Assembly (NCBI GenBank): GCA_013791705.1
Contig: VMTF01000025.1
Coordinates: 1-60,997, forward strand
Reading direction: 5' to 3'
Length of the DNA stretch: 60,997 nt
From: Sphingomonadales bacterium
Lineage (GTDB): Bacteria > Pseudomonadota > Alphaproteobacteria > Sphingomonadales > Sphingomonadaceae
Shown here: positions 42,759-50,516 of the stretch, in pieces
How the letters are laid out: the number at the start of each line of letters is the position of its first letter
Numbering within the stretch: the first letter of the stretch is position 1
The notes under the pieces: generated by a model
Databases searched by the model: none
What the model was told of the DNA's origin: nothing
What the model saw: the letters and a program-made list of their open reading frames with translations, nothing else
Position numbers and translations under genes: made by a program

Positions 42759-44182
42759 GCGGCGACCTCCTCGTCCTCGGATTTGTCGTCGGCCTGGTCG
42801 TCGTCGAGGGGGGCATTCTCGCCGCGTTCGCGCGCGGCGTCGGCGGCGGCTTTGGCGGCCAGTTCCTCGTCGACCAGGCGGGTCGCATCGGCGCGGTTGG
42901 CTTCGACTTCGGCGATCGGCACCTTGATCCAGACGACGACAAAGGAATGTTCGTCGTCGCAGTCTTCGACCGGCCATCCGCCTCGTGGCCAGAAGGCTCG
43001 GTCTGCGAGCGGCGTGCCGGCGAATTTCGGCACGGCCATGCGGGCGGCGCGGGCTTCAATCGCGCGATCGCGGGCGGCGGTGGCGCGTTCGGCATCCCAG
43101 TCGCGGGTTTCGGCCGGTTCGCGCTTCTGCTCGGGCTTGAACGCGCCGAGGCAGTGCAGGCCGAGGCCGTCCGAAGCGACCGCATAGACGCCGATCGCCT
43201 TCTTCTTCGCGGTTTTCGAAAGCTCGGTGCCATAGCCCCAATGGCGTTCGTAGCCCTTGGGCGCGGCGCACCAGCTTGCGCCGTTACCCACACCCTTGAC
43301 GAACAGACCCTGCTTGTAGCCATCGGCCTTGGCCTGGGCGGGAATCATCGCCTCGGCGCGGGTGCGGGCGAGCTTCTCCAGCAAGGCCACATCGACCACG
43401 CGCTGTTCGCCATCGGTGCCCATGAACATCTCGGCCTCGATCCGGCCGCCTTCGGCCTGATAGGCGGCAAGCTCGACGAAGGTCATCAGCGGATGGTTGA
43501 TGGGCAGGGTCTTCCCGCGCAGTTCGTCGCGCACCCAGCGGGGATTGTGGTCGCCATATTTGAGGCGGCCCTTGAACACCTTGACCTGCAGCGCGTGATC
43601 GGTGGTGCCGGCATAGGCCTTGGCGCTTTCCAGCCCGATCGCGCCGGTGCGCAGGGCTTCGAGGATTTCGGGCGCGAGGGCGGCGAGGCGCAACCGGCCT
43701 TCGACGTGGCGGACGGTAACGCCGAAGCGGCGGGCGGTGTAGCTCACCGCATCGGCCTGCAGCGCGCCGCCGTTCACCTGCTGGGCGACGATCGCCGCGA
43801 AGGCCTCGAACTCGTCGGCCGGGTTCATCGCGACGCGGTGGAGGTTTTCCGACAGGCTGGTTTCTTCTGCCTCGGCGCGATCCTCGAGCAGGCAGGGCAC
43901 TTCGTGATCGGCCGGCAGGCGGCCATCTTCGACCAGCAGTTGCATGGCCTGAAAACGGCGGCCGCCGGCAATCACCTCGAACTTGTCTGCCCAGCGATCC
44001 ACGCCGTCCCATTGCTCGTTCACGGTAGACGTGGTGAAATGCGCTGGCACGACGACCAGGTTCTGCTTGAGCCCGCGCGCGGCGATATCGTCGGCCAGCG
44101 CGGCGATATCGGCATCGCGCTCGGTCTTGCGGACATTGAGGTCTGACAGCAGCAGGCTGGACAGCGGCAGCGTGGTGATCAT
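42755..44182 (-). CDS. ParB/RepB/Spo0J-family protein
   Basis: NVRK, GLKQNLVV, IAGGRR, SLSENLHR, HTH ARRFGVT.RHV..RLRLA.L. Confidence 0.88.
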   Translation of the reverse strand: MITTLPLSSLLLSDLNVRKTERDADIAALADDIAARGLKQNLVVVPAHFTTSTVNEQWDGVDRWADKFEVIAGGRRFQAMQLLVEDGRLPADHEVPCLLEDRAEAEETSLSENLHRVAMNPADEFEAFAAIVAQQVNGGALQADAVSYTARRFGVTVRHVEGRLRLAALAPEILEALRTGAIGLESAKAYAGTTDHALQVKVFKGRLKYGDHNPRWVRDELRGKTLPINHPLMTFVELAAYQAEGGRIEAEMFMGTDGEQRVVDVALLEKLARTRAEAMIPAQAKADGYKQGLFVKGVGNGASWCAAPKGYERHWGYGTELSKTAKKKAIGVYAVASDGLGLHCLGAFKPEQKREPAETRDWDAERATAARDRAIEARAARMAVPKFAGTPLADRAFWPRGGWPVEDCDDEHSFVVVWIKVPIAEVEANRADATRLVDEELAAKAAADAARERGENAPLDDDQADDKSEDEEVAA

Positions 44183-44508
44183 GCGGGTTCTCCAAGCGGG
44201 GAGGTGAGCGGGGGTGGTGCGCCTTCCGCCGCGCGGAGCTGCGCGACGGTGCGGATCACATCGGCGACGGTGTGCCAGCGCGCCGCCGAATGCGCGTCGA
44301 GCAAGGCGTCGGGGATCTCGATGCAGAACGCTTCGTCGAGCTCCATCGCCAGGCACTGGTAATCGACCACGCAGCAGCGCAGATCGCGCACCAGTTCGGC
44401 CTCGGCGGTGACGACGGGCACGCGGTGCGGGAAGCGGGTGCGGGTGAGCTCGTGCTGGATCAGCGCGATGACTTCAGCGGCGAGGGGGCCGGTGAGGGAC
44501 GCGCTCAT
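44179..44508 (-). CDS. Acyl-carrier-protein-like protein lacking the attachment serine
   Basis: VTAEAELVRDLRCCVVDYQCLAMELDEAFCIEIPD...WHTVADVI matches the ACP pattern DLG.DSLD..EL.M.LEE.F.IEIPD....TV. Confidence 0.7.
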   Translation of the reverse strand: MSASLTGPLAAEVIALIQHELTRTRFPHRVPVVTAEAELVRDLRCCVVDYQCLAMELDEAFCIEIPDALLDAHSAARWHTVADVIRTVAQLRAAEGAPPPLTSPLGEPA

Positions 44509-44957
44509 GATCCTGCCGCGCCTTTTGTCCGGGCCTTGCGGCGCAGTTTCTCGAAGTCGGTCGCGGCAAGGCCAAGGCGGATGCGGGGCAACTCGATCGG
44601 CCCGCGCATCCATTCCGGCGGGAGCGAGCCGGGGTTGGCAAGATGGAGCAGCACGTCGCCATGGCATCCGCCGCCATCGAGCGCGCACCAGCAGGCAAGG
44701 TCTTTCCCGGCCAGTGATGTGACGTCACGGCGGATGCGGCGCCACAGCGCAAGTTGCGCGTCCGGATCGGGCTGATCGGAAAAGGCGATGAAGCCCCCGG
44801 CGAGCAAGGCGAACTTCGCTGCACATTGCAGGCGGGTGCCATCCTGCCCGACGACGAAGGGATTGCCCCAGCGGCCGGGGCGCGCGACGTTGACGGCATT
44901 GTCCGGCAGGCGCCAGCCCCGGGCGCGCGAGAGGCGGATGCGGCGGGGAGCAGTCAT
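44505..44957 (-). CDS. DUF4326-domain protein
   Basis: VARPGRWGNPF; LAGKDLACWC...CHGDVLL. Confidence 0.85.
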   Translation of the reverse strand: MTAPRRIRLSRARGWRLPDNAVNVARPGRWGNPFVVGQDGTRLQCAAKFALLAGGFIAFSDQPDPDAQLALWRRIRRDVTSLAGKDLACWCALDGGGCHGDVLLHLANPGSLPPEWMRGPIELPRIRLGLAATDFEKLRRKARTKGAAGS

Positions 44958-45367
44958 GCCGGGAACCCGTCGTGGGGCTGGTCATCGAGCAGGCGTCCGG
45001 CGGCTTTGGGCAAAAGGCGACCTGTTTTTGGGCAACGCTCCCGTTTGTCCAGATGCGCGGCATTGTGCTGACCGCGCCGCTTCAATTCGAGATTACCGAT
45101 GCGATTGTCGGTCTTGTCCTCGTTCCGATGATGGATCAGCCAGCCCTTTGGGGGGCGTGGATTTCCTGCCGCGCACCAAACGACAGTATGCTCGTAGGCA
45201 TAACCGTTCGGGTCGGCGAGCGGATGGTCCTTCCCCACCCTGATCTTGACGTAGCCGTTCGACGCGACAGACCCGCCAGGCTTCCAGCGATGCTGGCGTG
45301 ACGCCTTGACGTGGTGCCCATGAGAGGCAGGATTATTGCCCCGGCCGATGCCAGTTGCCCGCGTCAT
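44954..45367 (-). CDS. Free-standing HNH endonuclease
   Basis: GYAYEH.VV...IHHRNEDKTDNRIGNLEL...H..H. Confidence 0.88.
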   Translation of the reverse strand: MTRATGIGRGNNPASHGHHVKASRQHRWKPGGSVASNGYVKIRVGKDHPLADPNGYAYEHTVVWCAAGNPRPPKGWLIHHRNEDKTDNRIGNLELKRRGQHNAAHLDKRERCPKTGRLLPKAAGRLLDDQPHDGFPA

Positions 45368-46290
45368 GCTGGATACTCCCGCACTCGCAATCCTTCAGGG
45401 AATTGCTCAATGTCCTTGATCGCCTTCGGGCCGCCGCTGGAAAGCTGCTTGACGAACACTGGAACCCCGGCCGCTTGGCATTGATCCACGATCGACTGCG
45501 CCCAGTCGATGTGCATCGGGCGGGCGCCGGGGCCGCTCTCACCGCCGGCTACGACCCAGTCGATCCGGGCTAACCGGGCAGGTTCGTCAAAGCCGAAGGT
45601 CTGCGGATTATATCCGATCAGTGCATCGCAGGTGTTCAGCCAATTATCGTCGATTGCCGGCACATTAAGCTTCGTCAAATCCACCGGCCCAAGCAGCGGC
45701 TCGGCGCTGATCCAGCGGACGGCGGCGGGGGTGGCGAGCAGATCGGGAATGCGCTCGTCGGCGCGGGTCTGGTCCTCGACCGAGACGCCGAGCCAGACGT
45801 TCGGGAGGGTGCCATTGGTAGTTTCCAGCAGAACCCCATGTCCTTTCGGGCGCTTCTGCAGTTCACGAAGATGCGGGACAAGGCGGGGTTGCCACAGGTC
45901 GTTCATATACTCCCGCATCCGCGCGCTACGCTTGGTCAGCACCTGGAAGGTATGCTGCGGCGCCAGCGCCATCACGGCGAACACCTTGTCGATCCATTCG
46001 TCCGGCACCGATTCGTGGAACAGGTCGCCATGGGCGCAGACGAAGATGCGGCGCGGTTTCTTCCAGCGCAGGGGCTGGGTCAGCCATTGCTCGTTGAAGC
46101 GCACCTCGCCGGTCCAGACCGGGCCGGCCTTGGTGTCGCGGGTGAGGCCCTTGCGGCTCTGGAGGTGTTGCAGGCGGGTGCCGGCGAGCTTCATCGCGTA
46201 GCAGTTGGTGCAGCCGGGCGAGGTGACGGTGCAGCCGGTGACCGGATTCCACGTCGCGTCGGTCCATTCGATCCTGGTGGTATCAGCCAT
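45364..46290 (-). CDS. Gp37/Gp68 (DUF5131) radical-SAM-like protein
   Basis: IEWTDATWNPVTGCT..SPGCTNCYA, DLFHE, LTKR, W.SAEPLLG, WVVAGGESG.GARP, FVKQ. Confidence 0.92.
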   Translation of the reverse strand: MADTTRIEWTDATWNPVTGCTVTSPGCTNCYAMKLAGTRLQHLQSRKGLTRDTKAGPVWTGEVRFNEQWLTQPLRWKKPRRIFVCAHGDLFHESVPDEWIDKVFAVMALAPQHTFQVLTKRSARMREYMNDLWQPRLVPHLRELQKRPKGHGVLLETTNGTLPNVWLGVSVEDQTRADERIPDLLATPAAVRWISAEPLLGPVDLTKLNVPAIDDNWLNTCDALIGYNPQTFGFDEPARLARIDWVVAGGESGPGARPMHIDWAQSIVDQCQAAGVPVFVKQLSSGGPKAIKDIEQFPEGLRVREYPA

Positions 46291-46402
46291 GGGTCAAGGC
46301 TCCCGTCAGCCAGGTCAGCGCGCCGATCAGCGCCCAGAGCAGCAGCGCGGCGGGCAGGCTGACCAGCAGGCCGCGCGTGAAGCAGTTTCCGGCGGGGTTC
46401 AT
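46283..46402 (-). CDS. 39-aa single-TM peptide (below the ORF-track cut-off)
   Basis: MNPAGNCFTRGLLVSLPAALLLWALIGALTWLTGALTHG; ATGA-coupled upstream, overlaps the next start. Confidence 0.6.
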   Translation of the reverse strand: MNPAGNCFTRGLLVSLPAALLLWALIGALTWLTGALTHG

Positions 46403-46545
46403 GCCGCACCGCCTTCGCCGGCGGGGCTTTCGCGCCGGCGGCGGAGTTCGTCCTGCACGCGTTGTTCGTGCGGGCAGATCGGCCGGATGCCGGTGCGGGC
46501 GCGGCGCACGCGGAACGCGGCGCGGAGCTGGTGGCGCAGGCTCAT
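46399..46545 (-). CDS. 48-aa basic phage protein
   Basis: MSLRHQLRAAFRVRRARTG...; ATGA overlaps at both ends. Confidence 0.55.
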   Translation of the reverse strand: MSLRHQLRAAFRVRRARTGIRPICPHEQRVQDELRRRRESPAGEGGAA

Positions 46546-46757
46546 GGCAGCGCCGCCATGATCAGCGCGGCGAGGACGAACAGCAGGGTGGCCCCGGCGA
46601 TCGGCAGCGCCAGGCCGCGCGCGGACGGGCGCGGCTCGGCGGCGAGCAGCGGGTTGCGGGCGGCCTCCTCGTCCCACCGGGCCTGCAGCCGGGCGAGCGG
46701 GTGGGGGTGCTTCCCCGATGACCAGTGGCCCCGATGACCAGTGCCCGGCGGGATCAT
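46542..46757 (-). CDS. 71-aa protein with C-terminal TM helix
   Basis: ...GLALPIAGATLLFVLAALIMAALP; ATGA overlaps at both ends. Confidence 0.55.
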   Translation of the reverse strand: MIPPGTGHRGHWSSGKHPHPLARLQARWDEEAARNPLLAAEPRPSARGLALPIAGATLLFVLAALIMAALP

Positions 46758-46855
46758 GCGAACCACCACAAGGCGGCCGCGCCGAGCGTGATCCACGCGG
46801 TGACGACGATGGCGGGCAGCCGGTGCAACCAGCGGTCGGGATCGGGACGGTTCAT
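46754..46855 (-). CDS. 33-aa single-TM peptide (below the ORF-track cut-off)
   Basis: MNRPDPDRWLHRLPAIVVTAWITLGAAALWWFA; ATGA overlaps at both ends; GGAG upstream. Confidence 0.6.
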   Translation of the reverse strand: MNRPDPDRWLHRLPAIVVTAWITLGAAALWWFA

Positions 46856-47409
46856 GCTGCTTTCTCCAGGGCGAAGGCGGCGGCGCAATCGAACGGCGGC
46901 ACATCATTGCGGCCGTTCGGATCGAACATCAGGTGGCTGGCCAGTTCGCGCAGGGCGACCGCGCCGGCGCGCTGTTCGGGTGTGGCGAGCGGGCCGGTCA
47001 GCGCCTTGTCGCGCGCGCTGGCGAGCAGCGGCGCCCAGACCGCGCGGGGGCTGATTTCATCCGCCAGACGCCCACGCGCTTCGGCTTCGCCTATTTCCTG
47101 CGGGTCGGCCGGACTAATGCCGCCGCCAAAGTAGCCGCCCCTCGCAGCAGCGAGGGCGGAGGGGCTCGCGGCGTCATGCCGCCGGACCTCCGGCCAGACA
47201 ATCTGGCGTTCGCGCATATCGGCGAGGCCCTCGGCCAGCTCGGGCAGGTCCGCGCCGCACAGGCAGGCGATGGCGAGCCACGGGCGCAAGTGCTGGGTGG
47301 CGGTGCGCGGGTCCATCCGGCCGGTGCGCACCGCTTCGCGGGCGCGGGCCTGGCGAAGCTGGAATTCGCTTGCCGCCGCGCGGGCGAGGTCGGGGTGATA
47401 GTGGGACAT
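46852..47409 (-). CDS. First gene of the leftward early operon, hypothetical
   Basis: GGAGG SD before MSHYHPD; directly downstream of PL. Confidence 0.7.
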   Translation of the reverse strand: MSHYHPDLARAAASEFQLRQARAREAVRTGRMDPRTATQHLRPWLAIACLCGADLPELAEGLADMRERQIVWPEVRRHDAASPSALAAARGGYFGGGISPADPQEIGEAEARGRLADEISPRAVWAPLLASARDKALTGPLATPEQRAGAVALRELASHLMFDPNGRNDVPPFDCAAAFALEKAA

Positions 47410-47434
47410 GGAAGCCTCCGCTGTTGCGGCGCCT

Positions 47435-47486
47435 AAATGCAGGATGGATAAATCCATTGTCAAGCGGGGAATATGGATAAATCCAT
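47435..47486 (-). promoter_or_regulatory. PL promoter with two operators (ATGGATAAATCCAT at 47444-47457 and 47473-47486)
   Basis: Minus strand TTGACA-17 nt-GCATTT; identical 14-bp near-palindromes flanking the -35. Confidence 0.85.
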
Positions 47487-47565
47487 CATTCTTGCGGTGA
47501 CCGGCGGATTTGCGCAGTCTGGCGCGCCCCGGTGAAACGGTTCGAGCGAGGAGGTGGCCATCGCA

Positions 47566-47934
47566 ATGGCAGGATTTGCCGGTTGTCGCACCGGGCGGTT
47601 GATCTGCCTCATCGGGCTGGCAGCCGCGCTATGTGCCTGCAGTGCGCGCAGCGCCGAGGAGGCCGATCGCGCCGAACGGGCGTTGCAGGATATGCAGGGG
47701 TTCGCCGGCAAATATGGGCCGGACGAGGCGATCGACGTTTACGCGCGGCGCCCCGGCACCGGGGCACTGGCGAACAGTGCGGTGACCTGCGGCAAGACGA
47801 TGAAGGGCATCTCGACCGGATCGGCCGATGGCCCGCGCCGCGCGATCGTGGTCGGCGGCGCGGTCGTCAGGGAAGGCGCGATCGGCCAGTCAGCCGGGTT
47901 GTTTGCCGAATTGTGGCGCCGCGCGGGCTGCTGA
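47566..47934 (+). CDS. Putative lipoprotein in the immunity region
   Basis: GGAGG SD; signal peptide with lipobox LCAC; convergent with cI. Confidence 0.65.
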   Translation: MAGFAGCRTGRLICLIGLAAALCACSARSAEEADRAERALQDMQGFAGKYGPDEAIDVYARRPGTGALANSAVTCGKTMKGISTGSADGPRRAIVVGGAVVREGAIGQSAGLFAELWRRAGC

Positions 47935-48666
47935 TCAGCCGCCGAGCAGTTCGTTGGTGCTGCAGATCCGGTGCATCCGGATGACCTGGCCGCGCGGGAT
48001 GCGGAAGGTGGCCTCCGGATTGAACTGAAGCAGTTCGACATAGGCGCTGGTGGTGCGGATCAGCTGTTTGACCAATACGGTGATGATGTGATCGTTCGCG
48101 CCGTTGCTCAACTGCACGACGACGAAATCGCCGGGACTGGGCGGCCGCCGCGGATCGACCACCGCAATCTCGCCCGAATAGAAGCGCTTTTCCATCGAGC
48201 TGCCGTGGAAGTAGATCGCGTAGGCATCGGGCGCATTCCATAGCGCCGGGGGCCGCTCGATCAATCGGACGGTATGGTCGAAATCGAGCAGCAGTCGCTC
48301 CACCCGCAGTTCTCCGTTGGCATCGTCCGGAACGGCAAGGTCGTCACAAAAGGCTGTGCCCAGCACCGGGATGCGCGATTCGGGCGGGCCGCTCCAGTTG
48401 AGCGGGGCGTCGCGGAAGCTGATCTCGCTGAGCGGTTGGGCGGGATCGTCGACCTTGCCCATCAGCCAGTCGGTGGTTGTTTCCAGCGCGGCGGCGAGCT
48501 TGTTCAGTCGTTCGGCCGAGGGCACGCCGGTCTTGTCCGGGTCCATCAGATCGCGGACGTAGCCGGCATTGGCGCCGATTTCCTTCGATACCGCATGAGC
48601 GGTTTTCCCGGTCGCATCGATGCGCTGCTTCACGCGATCCCGCAGGATTTCCTTCAGATCAGGCAT
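47935..48666 (-). CDS. CI-like repressor (HTH + S24 peptidase)
   Basis: HTH ...PSAERLNKLAAALETTTDWL; S24 GSSM (Ser) and VLVK (Lys). Confidence 0.9.
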   Translation of the reverse strand: MPDLKEILRDRVKQRIDATGKTAHAVSKEIGANAGYVRDLMDPDKTGVPSAERLNKLAAALETTTDWLMGKVDDPAQPLSEISFRDAPLNWSGPPESRIPVLGTAFCDDLAVPDDANGELRVERLLLDFDHTVRLIERPPALWNAPDAYAIYFHGSSMEKRFYSGEIAVVDPRRPPSPGDFVVVQLSNGANDHIITVLVKQLIRTTSAYVELLQFNPEATFRIPRGQVIRMHRICSTNELLGG

Positions 48667-48668
48667 TG

Positions 48669-48746
48669 ATGGGATTTCCCACACTGGCGCCGCCGGGGGA
48701 ATAATGGAAAAACCCGCTTGACGAGTGATGGATTTATCCATGATAC
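48669..48746 (+). promoter_or_regulatory. PR promoter with three operators
   Basis: TTGACG (48718)-17 nt-TGATAC; ATGGATTTATCCAT 48728-48741; degenerate ATGGAAAAACCCGC 48704-48717 and ATGGGATTTCCCAC 48669-48682. Confidence 0.8.
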
Positions 48747-48754
48747 ACGCCGTC

Positions 48755-49228
48755 ATGAACGCTTCTCCTCCTCATTCGCGCGCGTCCGTTCCGGTCGCAC
48801 CGCTGGTCGAACGGTTGCGGCTGTGTGCCCAGCTGTGGACTGACCATAACGCGGCAACGCTGGCCCGACTTGGCCGGACGGTGATCAATGACGGCGGCTA
48901 TTTCGCGCGGATCGATTCGCCCGAGGCCTCCACCACCACCGCTACCCTGGAAAAGTTTGCGCGCTTTCTGGGCGACGGGGCCAACTGGCCCGACGGGCTG
49001 GTGCCCGAAGCGGTGCGCGATTTCGTTCATGTGGTCGGTGTTTGTCCTGACCCCGCCATGCCGTCACCCGATACGAGCCCGGCGAATATCGCGGCTTCCG
49101 GGGACCATGACCGGGCCGTTCCCGAGCCCGCCTCGGGTCGCGCGCCTGCCGCAGTGGCTTTGCCTCCATCAGCGGCAGGCGCATTTGTTTCCGGCACGTT
49201 TCGGTCCGACGAAAAGGGGCGCGGCTGA
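48755..49228 (+). CDS. Cro-like regulator with low-complexity tail
   Basis: Divergent from cI; LARLG..VINDG.YF.RI.....T..TLEK...F...NWP resembles alphaproteobacterial Cro-like proteins. Confidence 0.7.
   Translation: MNASPPHSRASVPVAPLVERLRLCAQLWTDHNAATLARLGRTVINDGGYFARIDSPEASTTTATLEKFARFLGDGANWPDGLVPEAVRDFVHVVGVCPDPAMPSPDTSPANIAASGDHDRAVPEPASGRAPAAVALPPSAAGAFVSGTFRSDEKGRG
49142..49190 (+). terminator. tR1-like hairpin inside the cro ORF
   Basis: Perfect 11-bp stem GCGCCTGCCGC/GCGGCAGGCGC, 19-nt loop containing CCTCC, then ATTTGTTT. Confidence 0.5.
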
Positions 49229-49719
49229 TGGGCGCGGACCGGACCGTGCGGCTCTCGCCCGCCGACCTCGCGCTCAAGCTCGCCTGCGAGGAGGCGGTGC
49301 GCGCGGCGGGTGGGCAGGAGTTCGTCGCGCGCGAGGCGGGCTATGCGCAGTCGCGCATTTCGGACTGGTGCTCGCCGAACACCGCCGCGTTCATGCCGCT
49401 TCACGTCGCCCGGCAGGTCGAGGCGCTGGGCGCCGGAGCGCCCGGCCATCCGCATATCACCCGCGCGCTGGCGCGCGCCCAGGGTGCCGGGGTGAGCGAC
49501 CCCGCGCCGGCCGCCGATCCGCTCCACCTGTGCCAGTGGCTGGCGCGGATCGGCGGCGAAAGCGGCGATCTGCTGCGGGCGCTGGCCGATGGCGCGGCCG
49601 GTCCCGGGATTGCCGCCATGCCGCTCGAGCTGCGGCGGCGGATCGCGCGCGAGCTCGGCGAGATGACCGACCTGCTCGGTGAGCTGGGCCATGCGCTGCA
49701 GCGCGAGGATTCGCCCTGA
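49228..49719 (+). CDS. CII-like regulatory protein
   Basis: AAGGQEFVA......SRISDW.SP....FMP......LE......P.IT..LA pattern; position after cro. Confidence 0.7.
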   Translation: MGADRTVRLSPADLALKLACEEAVRAAGGQEFVAREAGYAQSRISDWCSPNTAAFMPLHVARQVEALGAGAPGHPHITRALARAQGAGVSDPAPAADPLHLCQWLARIGGESGDLLRALADGAAGPGIAAMPLELRRRIARELGEMTDLLGELGHALQREDSP

Positions 49720-49782
49720 GCCGCGCCGGCGGCGTTTGCGTGGTGGTGGCCTGCCTGGGGGCCTGCTTGGGGGTGATTTGCG

Positions 49783-50142
49783 ATGTACAGTGACGGGATC
49801 GGAAAATTTGAACCGCGGCGGCCGATGGGTCCGCCGGCGCTCGGCACCGGAGTGGCGGCGGTCGTGCCGCCCGAATTCAGCGGGCGGATGAGCTGCGAGC
49901 GGCTGCGCGAATGGGTGCGCGGGGCGCAGCCGGGGGCGCTGCTCGCCTATGCCCGCGGCTATGCGCTCGGGCCGTTCTGTGCCGAGGCGCTGCGCGACCT
50001 GGTGCTGGCGCTGCACGAACAGGAGTATCTCTCGCCGCACCTGATGCGCGGGGGCGAGGGCGAGCTGCTCTACGTGGTGCGGCGCTGGGCGCGGCCGGTG
50101 TTGCCGGGAGCGGTGCTGGCTGGCGCGGGGGCGAGGCCATGA
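49783..50142 (+). CDS. Phage hypothetical protein
   Basis: WV.GAQPG....YARG pattern; coupled to the next ORF. Confidence 0.6.
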   Translation: MYSDGIGKFEPRRPMGPPALGTGVAAVVPPEFSGRMSCERLREWVRGAQPGALLAYARGYALGPFCAEALRDLVLALHEQEYLSPHLMRGGEGELLYVVRRWARPVLPGAVLAGAGARP

Positions 50143-50516
50143 GGCCGCGCGCGATTCCCCGGTGGCTGGCGGCCGGACGCGGCAGCCGATCGTTCCGGGC
50201 GTTCGACAGTGCCGCGCCGCGCGGGTGGAACCTGACCGCCACGGCGAGCGGGCGCGGGATCGTCAGTCTTGCGATCGAGGTGGTGCCGCCCGCGCATTCG
50301 GGAATGCTGATCCTGCCGCGCACCGGCGCGGCGCGGATGCGGCTCGACCTGCTGCGCGCGCTCAGCGGCGATGGCGACGAGAGCGGAATGGGCGCGGAGC
50401 TGCTGATGGTGGCCGGAATTCCGTTCGCCGCCGCCGAGGCCGAGGCGCTGGCGCGGGTGCTGGGGCTGGCGCTGGACGCGCTGGAGACGGAGACGGCGGA
50501 GATCGGGCATGACTGA
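50139..50516 (+). CDS. Phage hypothetical protein
   Basis: ATGA overlap with the upstream ORF; GC3-rich codons. Confidence 0.55.
   Translation: MRPRAIPRWLAAGRGSRSFRAFDSAAPRGWNLTATASGRGIVSLAIEVVPPAHSGMLILPRTGAARMRLDLLRALSGDGDESGMGAELLMVAGIPFAAAEAEALARVLGLALDALETETAEIGHD

Noticed and set aside
41584-44182. Plasmid-type parABS partition system or Dnd phosphorothioation system
   Set aside because: No ParA ATPase or dnd genes nearby, and the element has an integrase and att site
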